From: Minisyncoccota bacterium
GTDB taxonomy: Bacteria > Patescibacteriota > Minisyncoccia > Phycocordibacterales > UBA9973
DNA: 64,000 nt
Direction of reading: 5' to 3'
NCBI GenBank assembly: GCA_041663185.1
Contig: JBAZQY010000002.1
Coordinates: 152,496 to 216,495, forward strand
Under the pieces are notes generated by a model. It was not told where the DNA came from. It searched no databases and saw only the letters and a program-made list of their open reading frames with translations. Below are positions 8,096 to 16,610 of the stretch, piece by piece. A program made the translations under genes and the position numbers. Each line of letters starts with the position of its first letter. The stretch's first letter is position 1.

Positions 8096-9469
8096 ATGGA
8101 TTTAGATTTATCCCTTGGCCGTAGTCATACGAACGAGGCAAAAATTAAAAATGTTCACTTTATTGGTATTGGTGGAATCGGTATTTCAGCGGTGGCGCGG
8201 ATGATGCTAGAGGAGGGGAAGAATGTTACCGGGCAGGATATGCAGGATGGGGAAATTGTTAATGAGCTTCGTTTACTCGGTATAGATATCAAAATTAGAC
8301 AATCATATGAAAATATTCCGAAAGATACAGATCTTGTAGTCTATACAATTGCTATCGAATATTATGACCCAGAATTATTTAAAAAACTGAAAGAAAGGAA
8401 TGATATAGCAATCAAATCTTATCCCGAAATGCTTGGGGTGATAAGTAAGGATAAATATACAATTGCAATTTGTGGAACTCATGGGAAGACTACAACAACA
8501 GGAATGATCTCACAAATTTTGATTGACGGTGGGAAAGACCCGATGGTGATTGTTGGAAGTTTATTAAAAGGTAAAACTAATTTTATTGCGGGTAAAAGTG
8601 ATTTGTTTGTAGTTGAGGCTTGTGAGTACCGAAGATCATTTTTGAATATTAATCCAAACGTTTTAGTTATTACAAATATTGATGAAGACCATTTGGATTA
8701 TTATAAAGATATAGAAGATATTAAAAATGCCTTCCATGAGATGGTGATGAAAGTACCAGAGGATGGATATGTAATTTGCAACCCAGATGATGAAAATATT
8801 TCGGATGTTATTAAGGGGATAAAGGCAAAAGTAATAAATTGGCAAGATTATTTTGATGCAGGTTTGAAATTAAAAATTCCTGGGATACATAATAAGAAAG
8901 ATGCCGCGGCGGCCATGGCCGCCGCGGCTACTCTTGGTATTTCTCAATCCTCTGCAAGGGGAGTCCTTGCAGAATTTCCGGGGACATGGAAACGTTTTGA
9001 ATTCAGGGGAAAACTTTCTAATGGAATACTTCTTTATGACGATTATGCTCATCATCCGACAGAAATTATGGCTACACTCGAAGGTTTTCGGGAATTGTAT
9101 CCAAAAACTGACGGCTGGAAAATCACAGTTATTTTCCAGCCACACCTATTTTCACGCACCAAATTACTTCTAGATGACTTTGCGAAAAGTTTTTCTGATG
9201 CTGATGAAGTTCTTGTTTTACCAATTTACTATGCTCGGGAAGTTGATGATGGAACAATAAGTTCAGAAATTTTAGCGGGGGAGATAAACAAACACACCAA
9301 CAATGCAAAATCTTTTTCAGATTTTAATGAAGCAGAAAAATCTCTGGAAGTCGGACCTGCCTCGCCAACGAGTCAAGGCGGGCTTCCAGAAATGGGTGAT
9401 AAAAATATTATTGTGACAATGGGGGCAGGAGAAGCTTCAAAAATTGGAGATTTCCTATTAAAAAAATAA
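8096..9469 (+). CDS. murC: UDP-N-acetylmuramate--L-alanine ligase MurC
   Basis: The sequence reads IGIGGIGISAVARMML, GTHGKTTTTGMI and DYAHHPTEI. The track ORF start at 7868 overlaps the divergent gene and contains only non-coding-looking sequence. The ATG at 8096 (MDLDLSLGRS) is preferred. Confidence 0.9.
   Translation: MDLDLSLGRSHTNEAKIKNVHFIGIGGIGISAVARMMLEEGKNVTGQDMQDGEIVNELRLLGIDIKIRQSYENIPKDTDLVVYTIAIEYYDPELFKKLKERNDIAIKSYPEMLGVISKDKYTIAICGTHGKTTTTGMISQILIDGGKDPMVIVGSLLKGKTNFIAGKSDLFVVEACEYRRSFLNINPNVLVITNIDEDHLDYYKDIEDIKNAFHEMVMKVPEDGYVICNPDDENISDVIKGIKAKVINWQDYFDAGLKLKIPGIHNKKDAAAAMAAAATLGISQSSARGVLAEFPGTWKRFEFRGKLSNGILLYDDYAHHPTEIMATLEGFRELYPKTDGWKITVIFQPHLFSRTKLLLDDFAKSFSDADEVLVLPIYYAREVDDGTISSEILAGEINKHTNNAKSFSDFNEAEKSLEVGPASPTSQGGLPEMGDKNIIVTMGAGEASKIGDFLLKK
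8903..8928. repeat. 26-bp perfect GC-rich palindrome (gccgcggcggccatggccgccgcggc) inside murC
   Basis: Verified self-complementary. It encodes the AAAAMAAAA stretch of the conserved Ala-rich MurC segment using only GC-rich Ala codons in a low-GC genome, and it contains NcoI-like and SacII-like cores. Confidence 0.5.
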
Positions 9470-9487
9470 TTGTGATATAATAAAAGA

Positions 9488-10297
9488 ATGAAAAAATATT
9501 TTCTTTCCATACTAATCATAATATTGACCATCATCGCTTTTCCAATTTCTGCAGAAGTGGTGACTAATTCCGGATTTATTCCTGGGCAAATCTGGTACTC
9601 AAAAGATACTTTAGTTGAGGGAGAAACTGTAAATATCCATACGGCAATTTGGAATGGTGAGAAAGAATCGCTTTCTGTGAAGGTAGAATTTTATGACAAA
9701 AATGTTATTTTAGGAAGTAGAGATGTTGTCTTATCACCATCAGAATTGAAAGATGTATTTGTTCCCTGGAAGATTACCTCGGGAGACCATGTTATTTCTG
9801 CAAAAATTATCTCATCACTAGCTACTATTTCTGGGAAAAAAGAAAAAGTGACTCTTGATCGTGTGACAACCTCGACAGATAAACAATTTGTCCCAGTTGT
9901 CGTGAAGAACGCACAAGGTGAATCAGTCTCTGGAACAAGTTCCTTGAAAGATCAAATAGATAATGTCGTTCCTGATAAGGTTAGCACTTCTGTGGCCAAT
10001 GGTTTTACCGTAGTAGATAATTTTCGAGATAAAACATTCACGCAAGTCTCGACAGTTCGAGATGACACCCAAGAAGAAATAAATCTTCTGAAAACAAAAG
10101 AAAAAACAGTCGCTGAAACTTTGAGTACAAAAAACAATATTGAAGATGCCACCGAAAAACCAATTGCTTATATTAAACTTTTTATTTTTTCAATCCTGGC
10201 GCTCATTTTTGGGAATAAAATAATTTTTTATGGACTTCTGGCTATTGTCGTTTTCTTTGTATTGCGTTATTTATATCGCAAAATTAGAAATAGATAA
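9488..10297 (+). CDS. secreted/membrane-anchored hypothetical protein (N-terminal signal peptide, C-terminal TM)
   Basis: The N-terminus is hydrophobic (MKKYFLSILIIILTIIAFPISA), and a C-terminal TM helix precedes a basic tail. It lies within the division/cell-wall cluster. Confidence 0.55.
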   Translation: MKKYFLSILIIILTIIAFPISAEVVTNSGFIPGQIWYSKDTLVEGETVNIHTAIWNGEKESLSVKVEFYDKNVILGSRDVVLSPSELKDVFVPWKITSGDHVISAKIISSLATISGKKEKVTLDRVTTSTDKQFVPVVVKNAQGESVSGTSSLKDQIDNVVPDKVSTSVANGFTVVDNFRDKTFTQVSTVRDDTQEEINLLKTKEKTVAETLSTKNNIEDATEKPIAYIKLFIFSILALIFGNKIIFYGLLAIVVFFVLRYLYRKIRNR

Positions 10298-10348
10298 TAT
10301 AAAATATATTTGTCAAATCTAGACTCTTTAGGGTACAATTGATTCGTA

Positions 10349-10612
10349 ATGAAGAGAGTCATTTTTGATATAATTTTATTTATTTCAGTATTTATTTTTC
10401 CTTGGTGGATAAGTGCTATTTTATTGCTCGGGGGGATTTTTCTTTTTAATAAATTTTACGAATTTATTATAGCCAGTGTAATTATTTTTGCCTTATATTC
10501 TGTTCCTGGGGTCAGGTGGATATCCTCGCCAGTCATTTTTTCACTGTTTATAATAATCTTTTATATTATGGTTGAATATTTTAAAAATAGAATTATCTTA
10601 TATAAAAAATAA
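10349..10612 (+). CDS. small integral membrane protein (87 aa)
   Basis: Two or three predicted TM helices, flush against the downstream PBP gene. Confidence 0.4.
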   Translation: MKRVIFDIILFISVFIFPWWISAILLLGGIFLFNKFYEFIIASVIIFALYSVPGVRWISSPVIFSLFIIIFYIMVEYFKNRIILYKK

Positions 10613-10615
10613 AAA

Positions 10616-12313
10616 ATGTCTTTTCACATTAATCACAGAAGAATAAAAAGAGATATTGACCCAGATGAAATTTTTCTGGATTCTAAAAATTTACCTGATT
10701 TCAACAAACAACAATTTGAAGGTAGATTAGAAAAGGCAATACCCAAACATTCAGTGCTACTGGTAGGAGCTTTTTTCTTGGTAGTTGTTTTTATTTTTGT
10801 GGGACAAGTTATAAATCTTCAAATAATAAAAGGCGAGGCATATTTTAAAAAAAGTGAAAATAATACATTGATGGAAAGACCGATTTTCGCAGACAGGGGA
10901 CTTATCTATGACCGTAATCAAGTTCTTCTTTCTTGGAATACTTGGGCAAAAGAAGATATAAATAAATTATCTTCACCAGAAAGATCTTATTATGATGCTT
11001 CCGGATTTGGATTACTTCTTGGTTATGTTAGTGCGCCAGCCAAAGACTCCTCTGGGTATTATTGGCAAGATAATTTTATCGGGAAAGATGGTGTTGAAAA
11101 ATTTTTTAATGATAATTTAACTGGGGTTAATGGAGTTCGTATTACTGAGACTGATGTGAGTGGAGTTATTCAATCAGAAAATATGATTCAATCTCCCAAG
11201 GCCGGTGAAAATCTTACATTATCGATTGATTCAAGAATTCAAAAGAAAATGTATGAATCAATGTCGTCGATGGCCAGGAATGTAAATTTTCAAGGAGGAG
11301 CCGGTGTCATGATGGATATAAAAACAGGGGAGTTACTCGCTCTGACAAGCTATCCAGAATATAATGGGAATATTTTATCTCTCGGTAAAGACAGTAAAAC
11401 GATAAGCGGATATTTTGCTGACAAACGGAAAGTTTTTTTGAATCGAGCAGTCTCAGGACTTTATAGTCCGGGGTCAACCGTCAAACCATTTCTTGGTTAT
11501 GGTGCCTTGATTGAAAATGTTATTAGTCCTCTTAAATTAATTTTTTCTAATGGGTCAATTTCAATTCCAAATCCATATTTCCCTGACAAAAAATCTGTCT
11601 TTAAAGATCATGGAACATTTGGTTATGTGGATATGAGGAAAGCGATTGCCGTTTCGTCTGACGTATATTTTTATCAAATCGGTGGAGGATTTGAAAGCCA
11701 AAAAGGTTTAGGTATTTTAAATATAGATAAATATATAAGATTGTTTGGTATTGGAGAGAAAACTGGGGTAAATCTGGGTGGAGAAAAGGATGGAACAATT
11801 CCGACACCAGAATGGAAAGCTAAAACTTTCAAGGGTGAACCATGGCGAGTGGGAGATACGTACAATACCGCTATTGGTCAGTATGGTTTCCAAGTCACAC
11901 CGGTTCAAATGGCTCGAGCAGTAGCAGGTATTGCCAATATGGGAACGATTTATACTCCACACATCACACTTGCTGATAAAAATTTTGAATCACCGCAAAT
12001 GACAATACCAGTTGACCCTGATAAAATGAAAGTTATACACGAAGGAATGCGAATGGCGGTGACGGAAGGGACTTGTATGGCCCTAAATATTCCGAGCGTT
12101 AAGGTCGCGGCTAAATCTGGAACTGCTCAAGTTGGGCTAGGTAACACAAATACTAACTCGTGGATAATTGGCTTCTTCCCGTATGAAAATCCGAGATATG
12201 CATTTGCCCTTGTCATGGAGCGTGGACCCAAAGAGGCCTCCGGAAATGCGACGAGGGTAATGAGTGAAGTCATTGATTACATGAGCGTCTATACTCCAGA
12301 ATACTTTCAATAA
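10616..12313 (+). CDS. penicillin-binding protein 2-like class B transpeptidase
   Basis: N-terminal TM anchor, SxxK (GSTVKPF), SxN-like (SSD) and KSG/KTG (AKSGTAQ) motifs. Confidence 0.85.
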   Translation: MSFHINHRRIKRDIDPDEIFLDSKNLPDFNKQQFEGRLEKAIPKHSVLLVGAFFLVVVFIFVGQVINLQIIKGEAYFKKSENNTLMERPIFADRGLIYDRNQVLLSWNTWAKEDINKLSSPERSYYDASGFGLLLGYVSAPAKDSSGYYWQDNFIGKDGVEKFFNDNLTGVNGVRITETDVSGVIQSENMIQSPKAGENLTLSIDSRIQKKMYESMSSMARNVNFQGGAGVMMDIKTGELLALTSYPEYNGNILSLGKDSKTISGYFADKRKVFLNRAVSGLYSPGSTVKPFLGYGALIENVISPLKLIFSNGSISIPNPYFPDKKSVFKDHGTFGYVDMRKAIAVSSDVYFYQIGGGFESQKGLGILNIDKYIRLFGIGEKTGVNLGGEKDGTIPTPEWKAKTFKGEPWRVGDTYNTAIGQYGFQVTPVQMARAVAGIANMGTIYTPHITLADKNFESPQMTIPVDPDKMKVIHEGMRMAVTEGTCMALNIPSVKVAAKSGTAQVGLGNTNTNSWIIGFFPYENPRYAFALVMERGPKEASGNATRVMSEVIDYMSVYTPEYFQ

Positions 12314-12332
12314 AATACCCCTTAGATATTTA

Positions 12333-12380
12333 CCCCATAGGCAAGGCCTATGGGGTAGGCCTAGGGGGTATTTGTTTTTA
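12333..12380 (+). terminator. rho-independent terminator downstream of the PBP gene
   Basis: ccccatagg-caagg-cctatgggg hairpin, then a T-run. Confidence 0.6.
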
Positions 12381-12563
12381 AAGAAGATAATTTTGCCCTT
12401 TTCTCTTTACTTTTTTATGAAAAAATGTTAGTATAGACCCATTATTTATCCCGTTATAAATCATAAGTATGAATTACGGGATTTTATATTTAGTGTAGTG
12501 CGGAGGAAAACCTTATAAGTTAATTTTTGTATCGGAATCCAAGGGTTCTATACTAACAATTAT

Positions 12564-13028
12564 ATGGAAGAAACAAACTATATCACAGAAGACAAAAAAC
12601 AAGCACTGAAAGACGAACTTCATAATTTGAAAACTATAAAACGTAAAGAAATACTTGAAGCACTTGAAGCGGCTCGAGCTCTTGGTGATTTATCTGAAAA
12701 TGCTGAGTATCATCAAGCTCGCGAAGATCAAGGTAAAACCGAAGATCGAATAAATCAAATTGAGCACATGCTCAGGTCTGCCATTGTTGTTAAAAAACAT
12801 TCAAGTAATAATGTAGAAATTGGTACAACTGTCAAAGTTAAGAGAGAAGATAGTAAAGAACCGATTACTTACAGTATTGTCGGGGCAGAAGAAGCAGATA
12901 TGGCCAATAATAAAATTTCTAATAAATCTCCACTCGGCGAGGCTCTTTTTGGAAAGCGTAAAGGGGATGTCGTATCTATCAAAACTCCCAAGGGACTAGC
13001 CAAATACACTCTTATTGATATACAATAG
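12564..13028 (+). CDS. greA: transcription elongation factor GreA
   Basis: N-terminal coiled coil with acidic finger (DLSENAEYHQAREDQ) and a C-terminal FKBP-like domain; 154 aa. Confidence 0.9.
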   Translation: MEETNYITEDKKQALKDELHNLKTIKRKEILEALEAARALGDLSENAEYHQAREDQGKTEDRINQIEHMLRSAIVVKKHSSNNVEIGTTVKVKREDSKEPITYSIVGAEEADMANNKISNKSPLGEALFGKRKGDVVSIKTPKGLAKYTLIDIQ

Positions 13029-13034
13029 AGATAT

Positions 13035-14522
13035 ATGGCAGGAATAAAAGAATTACGCGATGAGCGAATAAAGAAAATAGAATTATTAAAGAGTGCAGGG
13101 ATGAACCCATACCCAGCATCTGTTCCGCGGGACTACTCAATTGCCGAAGTTAAAAATTTTTTTGACAAACTTATAACAGAATCGGAAAAGAAAAATATTT
13201 CTATTGCCGGTCGAGTTATTGTCGTCCGAGGGCAAGGAGCAATCTTGTTTGTGGTCTTACAAGATGGAGTAGAAAGATTGCAGGCTGTTTTGAAGAAAGA
13301 TTCTTTAGATGAAGATTTATTTAATTTGTTTGTGAATACAATTGATAATGGAGATTTTATTTCAGTCACTGGCTCATTGTTTATTACTCAAAGAGGGGAG
13401 CAAAGCATTTTGATTAAAAGTTGGCAAATGGCCACCAAAGCGCTACTACCATTGCCCGATAAATGGGCTGGTCTGCAAGATCAAGAAGAAATCTATCGTA
13501 AACGATATCTAGATATTTTAATGGATAAAGAAGTTTACAATCGCTTTGTTCTTCGTTCTAAAATTATTAAATTTATTCGAGAGTTTTTTGATAATAAAAA
13601 CTTTTTGGAAGTAGAAACTCCTATATTGCAAACTCAAGCCGGAGGAGCGATGGCGAAAGTGTTTGAGACATATCATAATGATTATGCGATGCCAATGGTT
13701 TTGCGTATTGCTCTTGAGCTTGACCATAAAATGCTGATGACGGGTGGCTATGAAAGAGTTTATGAAATTGGTAAAAATTTTAGAAATGAAGGTACAGACC
13801 CGACGCACTTACAAGAATTCACGATGATGGAATGGTATGCTGCTTACCAAAGCCTTGAGACAAATATGAAATGGACAGAAGAGCTTATTAAATTAATTGC
13901 GAGTGATTTAATCGGGAAGACATCATTTAAGGTTTATGATAATGAAGGGAATGGAACAGATGTCGAGTTGGGTGGGGAGTGGCCACGAGTGACGTTCGAT
14001 TCTTTACTTAAAAAAGATGCAAATATTGATATTGAAACAATTACGGAAGAGGAAGCACGTAGAGAAGCGATAAAATGGGGAATAAAAGAAGAAGAAGCAG
14101 AGAAACTGGGTCGCGGTAACTTACTCGATAAAATTTACAAGAAATCTTCCAGGATTAAAATTATTAATCCGACTTTTGTGACAGATTTTCCTGGGGATTT
14201 GAAACCTCTGGCTCAACAGAATGAAAATGGAACAGCGAAAGTTTGTCAGTTGATTATTGCTGGAGCAGAAATTACAAATCAGTATGCTGAATTAGTAAAT
14301 CCAAAAATCCAACGCGATCTTCTCATCGCTCAATCAAAGGCCAAAGAAGGGGGAGATGAAGAAGCAATGCAAGTTGATGAAAATTTTTTGACTGCAATGG
14401 AGCATGGCATGCCACCGATGACTGGATTTGGAATGGGCATAGACCGACTGGTAGCAATATTTACAGAACAAAAAAATCTCAGGGATGTTATTTTCTTCCC
14501 AATAATGAAACCAAGAGAATAA
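13035..14522 (+). CDS. lysS: lysine--tRNA ligase (class II)
   Basis: N-terminal OB anticodon-binding domain and class II motifs (FLEVETPIL, FRNEGTD..H..EFTMME, GMGIDRL). Confidence 0.95.
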   Translation: MAGIKELRDERIKKIELLKSAGMNPYPASVPRDYSIAEVKNFFDKLITESEKKNISIAGRVIVVRGQGAILFVVLQDGVERLQAVLKKDSLDEDLFNLFVNTIDNGDFISVTGSLFITQRGEQSILIKSWQMATKALLPLPDKWAGLQDQEEIYRKRYLDILMDKEVYNRFVLRSKIIKFIREFFDNKNFLEVETPILQTQAGGAMAKVFETYHNDYAMPMVLRIALELDHKMLMTGGYERVYEIGKNFRNEGTDPTHLQEFTMMEWYAAYQSLETNMKWTEELIKLIASDLIGKTSFKVYDNEGNGTDVELGGEWPRVTFDSLLKKDANIDIETITEEEARREAIKWGIKEEEAEKLGRGNLLDKIYKKSSRIKIINPTFVTDFPGDLKPLAQQNENGTAKVCQLIIAGAEITNQYAELVNPKIQRDLLIAQSKAKEGGDEEAMQVDENFLTAMEHGMPPMTGFGMGIDRLVAIFTEQKNLRDVIFFPIMKPRE

Positions 14523-14534
14523 AAAATATTAAAA

Positions 14535-14565
14535 AGACCCAGGTAATTTACCGGGGTCTTTTTTG
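14535..14565 (+). terminator. rho-independent terminator after lysS
   Basis: agacccagg-taattta-ccggggtct followed by tttttt. Confidence 0.6.
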
Positions 14566-14579
14566 ATAGAGATAATCTA

Positions 14580-14765
14580 TCAGAATCCTGATATCTGTCC
14601 TTTGGGGACAAATGGCATATCAATCTCTCCCTCTTTGCAAATAGAGGTGGTTGATTCTTTTTGTGCACTTTGAAGGGCATAAATTGTTTTGGAAAACGGC
14701 CAGAAGCCTATTTTCTTTGCAACAATAAAATATACTCCAGGCGGGTAAATGACATTTTTTTTCAT
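14580..14765 (-). CDS. small hypothetical ORF (61 aa), possibly not a real gene
   Basis: The ORF lies in the gap between lysS and mraZ, and nothing else supports it. Confidence 0.2.
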   Translation of the reverse strand: MKKNVIYPPGVYFIVAKKIGFWPFSKTIYALQSAQKESTTSICKEGEIDMPFVPKGQISGF

Positions 14766-14844
14766 GGCCTTAAATTTACTATAAATTATATAACAAAATA
14801 AGCTTTTTGTCTATTTTTAGAACCCTTAGTTATCCACAGATTTA

Positions 14845-14915
14845 AAGTGGGGAGGGTTGTTTGTTTTGTGGGATAAAGTGGTGTATAATTAAAGCAAGTG
14901 GGATACAGTGGGAAA
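14845..14915 (+). promoter_or_regulatory. mraZ promoter with a GTGGG direct-repeat array (candidate MraZ operator)
   Basis: GTGGG(G/A) or GTGGT repeats start at 14847, 14868, 14878, 14898 and 14908, spaced 10 or about 20-21 bp apart. A TATAAT box at 14884-14889 and a TTGTTT -35-like element at 14861-14866 (17-bp spacer) overlap the repeats. Confidence 0.55.
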
Positions 14916-14949
14916 AGATAAAATAGTAAATATTCCACTTTTTAATTTT

Positions 14950-15384
14950 ATGTTAATTGGCGAATACACTCACACACTAGACGATAAAAATAGAATGTCT
15001 CTACCCGTAAAATTCCGCAAGGAGATGGGGAAAAGTGTTGTCGTTGCCCCAGGGCTAGACAACTGTCTTTCAATTTTTACAACGCACGAGTGGCAAAAAA
15101 TTTCAGGAAAATTATCTGACTCATCAATGCTCGCTAGTGACAATAGAAGTTTCTCGAGATTTATGTTTGGTCAAGCTGTCGTCGTCGATGTCGATACAAA
15201 TGGCCGAATACTAATCCCGGAAAATTTGAAAAATCGTTCAGGCTTATCTAGTAAGGTTGTTGTTATTGGTGTGCAGAACCGCGCCGAAATCTGGAATGAG
15301 AAAGCATGGAATGATTACAAGAAAGTAGTGGAGAAGCAGGCAGATGCCCTGGCAGATAAATTAGGGCAAATAGGTGTTCTTTAA
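14950..15384 (+). CDS. mraZ: transcriptional regulator MraZ
   Basis: MLIGEYTHTLDDKNRMSLPVKFR matches the MraZ N-terminus with its duplicated DxxxR motif. The ATG at 14950 is preferred over the track start at 14908. Confidence 0.9.
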   Translation: MLIGEYTHTLDDKNRMSLPVKFRKEMGKSVVVAPGLDNCLSIFTTHEWQKISGKLSDSSMLASDNRSFSRFMFGQAVVVDVDTNGRILIPENLKNRSGLSSKVVVIGVQNRAEIWNEKAWNDYKKVVEKQADALADKLGQIGVL

Positions 15385-15385
15385 A

Positions 15386-16282
15386 ATGAAACATATTTCT
15401 GTATTACTAAGTGAATCAATTGATGGGCTAGAAATAAAGCCAGGTGAAATTATTGTTGATGGAACACTCGGAGGTGGTGGACATACACTTGAAATAATCC
15501 GTCGTCTTGGAAACAAAGTGAAAATAATTTGCCTCGACTTAGACACTGACGCAATCAGAAGAGCAAAGAAATTAATAGACAAAACATTGGGTGATGTAGT
15601 CTACCAGACAGCTGGGTTCCAAGATATTGAGCAAGTGCTTGATGGTTTGAAGATAAAAAATGTCGATAAGATTCTACTTGATTTGGGGCTAAGTTCATTT
15701 CAATTGGAAGAAGGAGATAGGGGATTCACATTTTCAAAAGATGAACCACTTCTAATGACAATGAAGAAAAATCCAAACTCAAATGATTTAACTGCTTATG
15801 AAATTGTGAATACTTGGGGAGAAGAATCGTTGGCGGATATAATTTATGGTTTTGGAGAAGAAAAATATTCAAGAAAAATTGCCAGGGCGATAGTAGAAGC
15901 TCGCGAAGAAAAGGAGATAAAGACAACTTTTGATTTGAATGAAATTATTGAAAAAACTGTTGGCAAATTCTATCGAGGTAAAAAAATTCATCCATCAACT
16001 AGGACCTTCCAAGCATTAAGAATTGCGACTAATAGTGAATTAATTAATTTGGAAAAAGTAATACAAAAAGGTTTCGAAAGATTATCAATCAGGGGAAGAA
16101 TGGCCATTATTAGTTTTCATAGTTTAGAAGATCGCATTGTCAAAAAAGCATTTTTAAAATTAAAACAAGAAGGTTGTGCAAATATTATTACAAAAAAACC
16201 AATAGTGCCGAGTGATGAAGAAATTAAATTAAATCCTCGTTCACGTAGTGCTAAATTAAGATTAATAGAAAAAACAAAGTAA
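15386..16282 (+). CDS. rsmH: 16S rRNA (cytosine1402-N4)-methyltransferase RsmH (MraW)
   Basis: The sequence reads HISVLLSESIDGL..DGTLGGGGH, with a DLG motif (LLDLGLSS). It immediately follows mraZ. Confidence 0.9.
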   Translation: MKHISVLLSESIDGLEIKPGEIIVDGTLGGGGHTLEIIRRLGNKVKIICLDLDTDAIRRAKKLIDKTLGDVVYQTAGFQDIEQVLDGLKIKNVDKILLDLGLSSFQLEEGDRGFTFSKDEPLLMTMKKNPNSNDLTAYEIVNTWGEESLADIIYGFGEEKYSRKIARAIVEAREEKEIKTTFDLNEIIEKTVGKFYRGKKIHPSTRTFQALRIATNSELINLEKVIQKGFERLSIRGRMAIISFHSLEDRIVKKAFLKLKQEGCANIITKKPIVPSDEEIKLNPRSRSAKLRLIEKTK

Positions 16283-16286
16283 ATAT

Positions 16287-16610
16287 ATGACAAAAGCAAA
16301 AGCAATCACAAAAGATATCACAGAAAATATTAAAACACAAAAAATGTTACTTCGAGTGTTGATTTGTAGTTCAATCGTTTTGTGCGCTGTCTATATTTAT
16401 CTTATTGGTTCTATAACTTTCAATATTATTGCCCGCAAATCATTAGAAAATACAGCAACTAACCTAGCCAATAGTGTGAATCAACTTGAATTGACCTATT
16501 TGAATAATGTGAAGGGAATAGATAAAGAATATGCTTTTTCAAAAGGATTTGTAGATGTTCATCAAAATATTTTTGCAACAAGAGATATTAATCATGTCGC
16601 TATTCGCTAA
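16287..16610 (+). CDS. FtsL-like small bitopic division protein
   Basis: 107 aa with a single TM helix and then a coiled coil, in the conserved position between rsmH and ftsI. Confidence 0.5.
   Translation: MTKAKAITKDITENIKTQKMLLRVLICSSIVLCAVYIYLIGSITFNIIARKSLENTATNLANSVNQLELTYLNNVKGIDKEYAFSKGFVDVHQNIFATRDINHVAIR

Noticed and set aside
8663-9173. Three overlapping small ORFs across the murC palindrome region (8663-8845 minus, 8870-9145 minus, 8901-9173 plus)
   Set aside because: They are embedded in murC and reflect the GC-rich palindrome and alternative frames. None has independent support.
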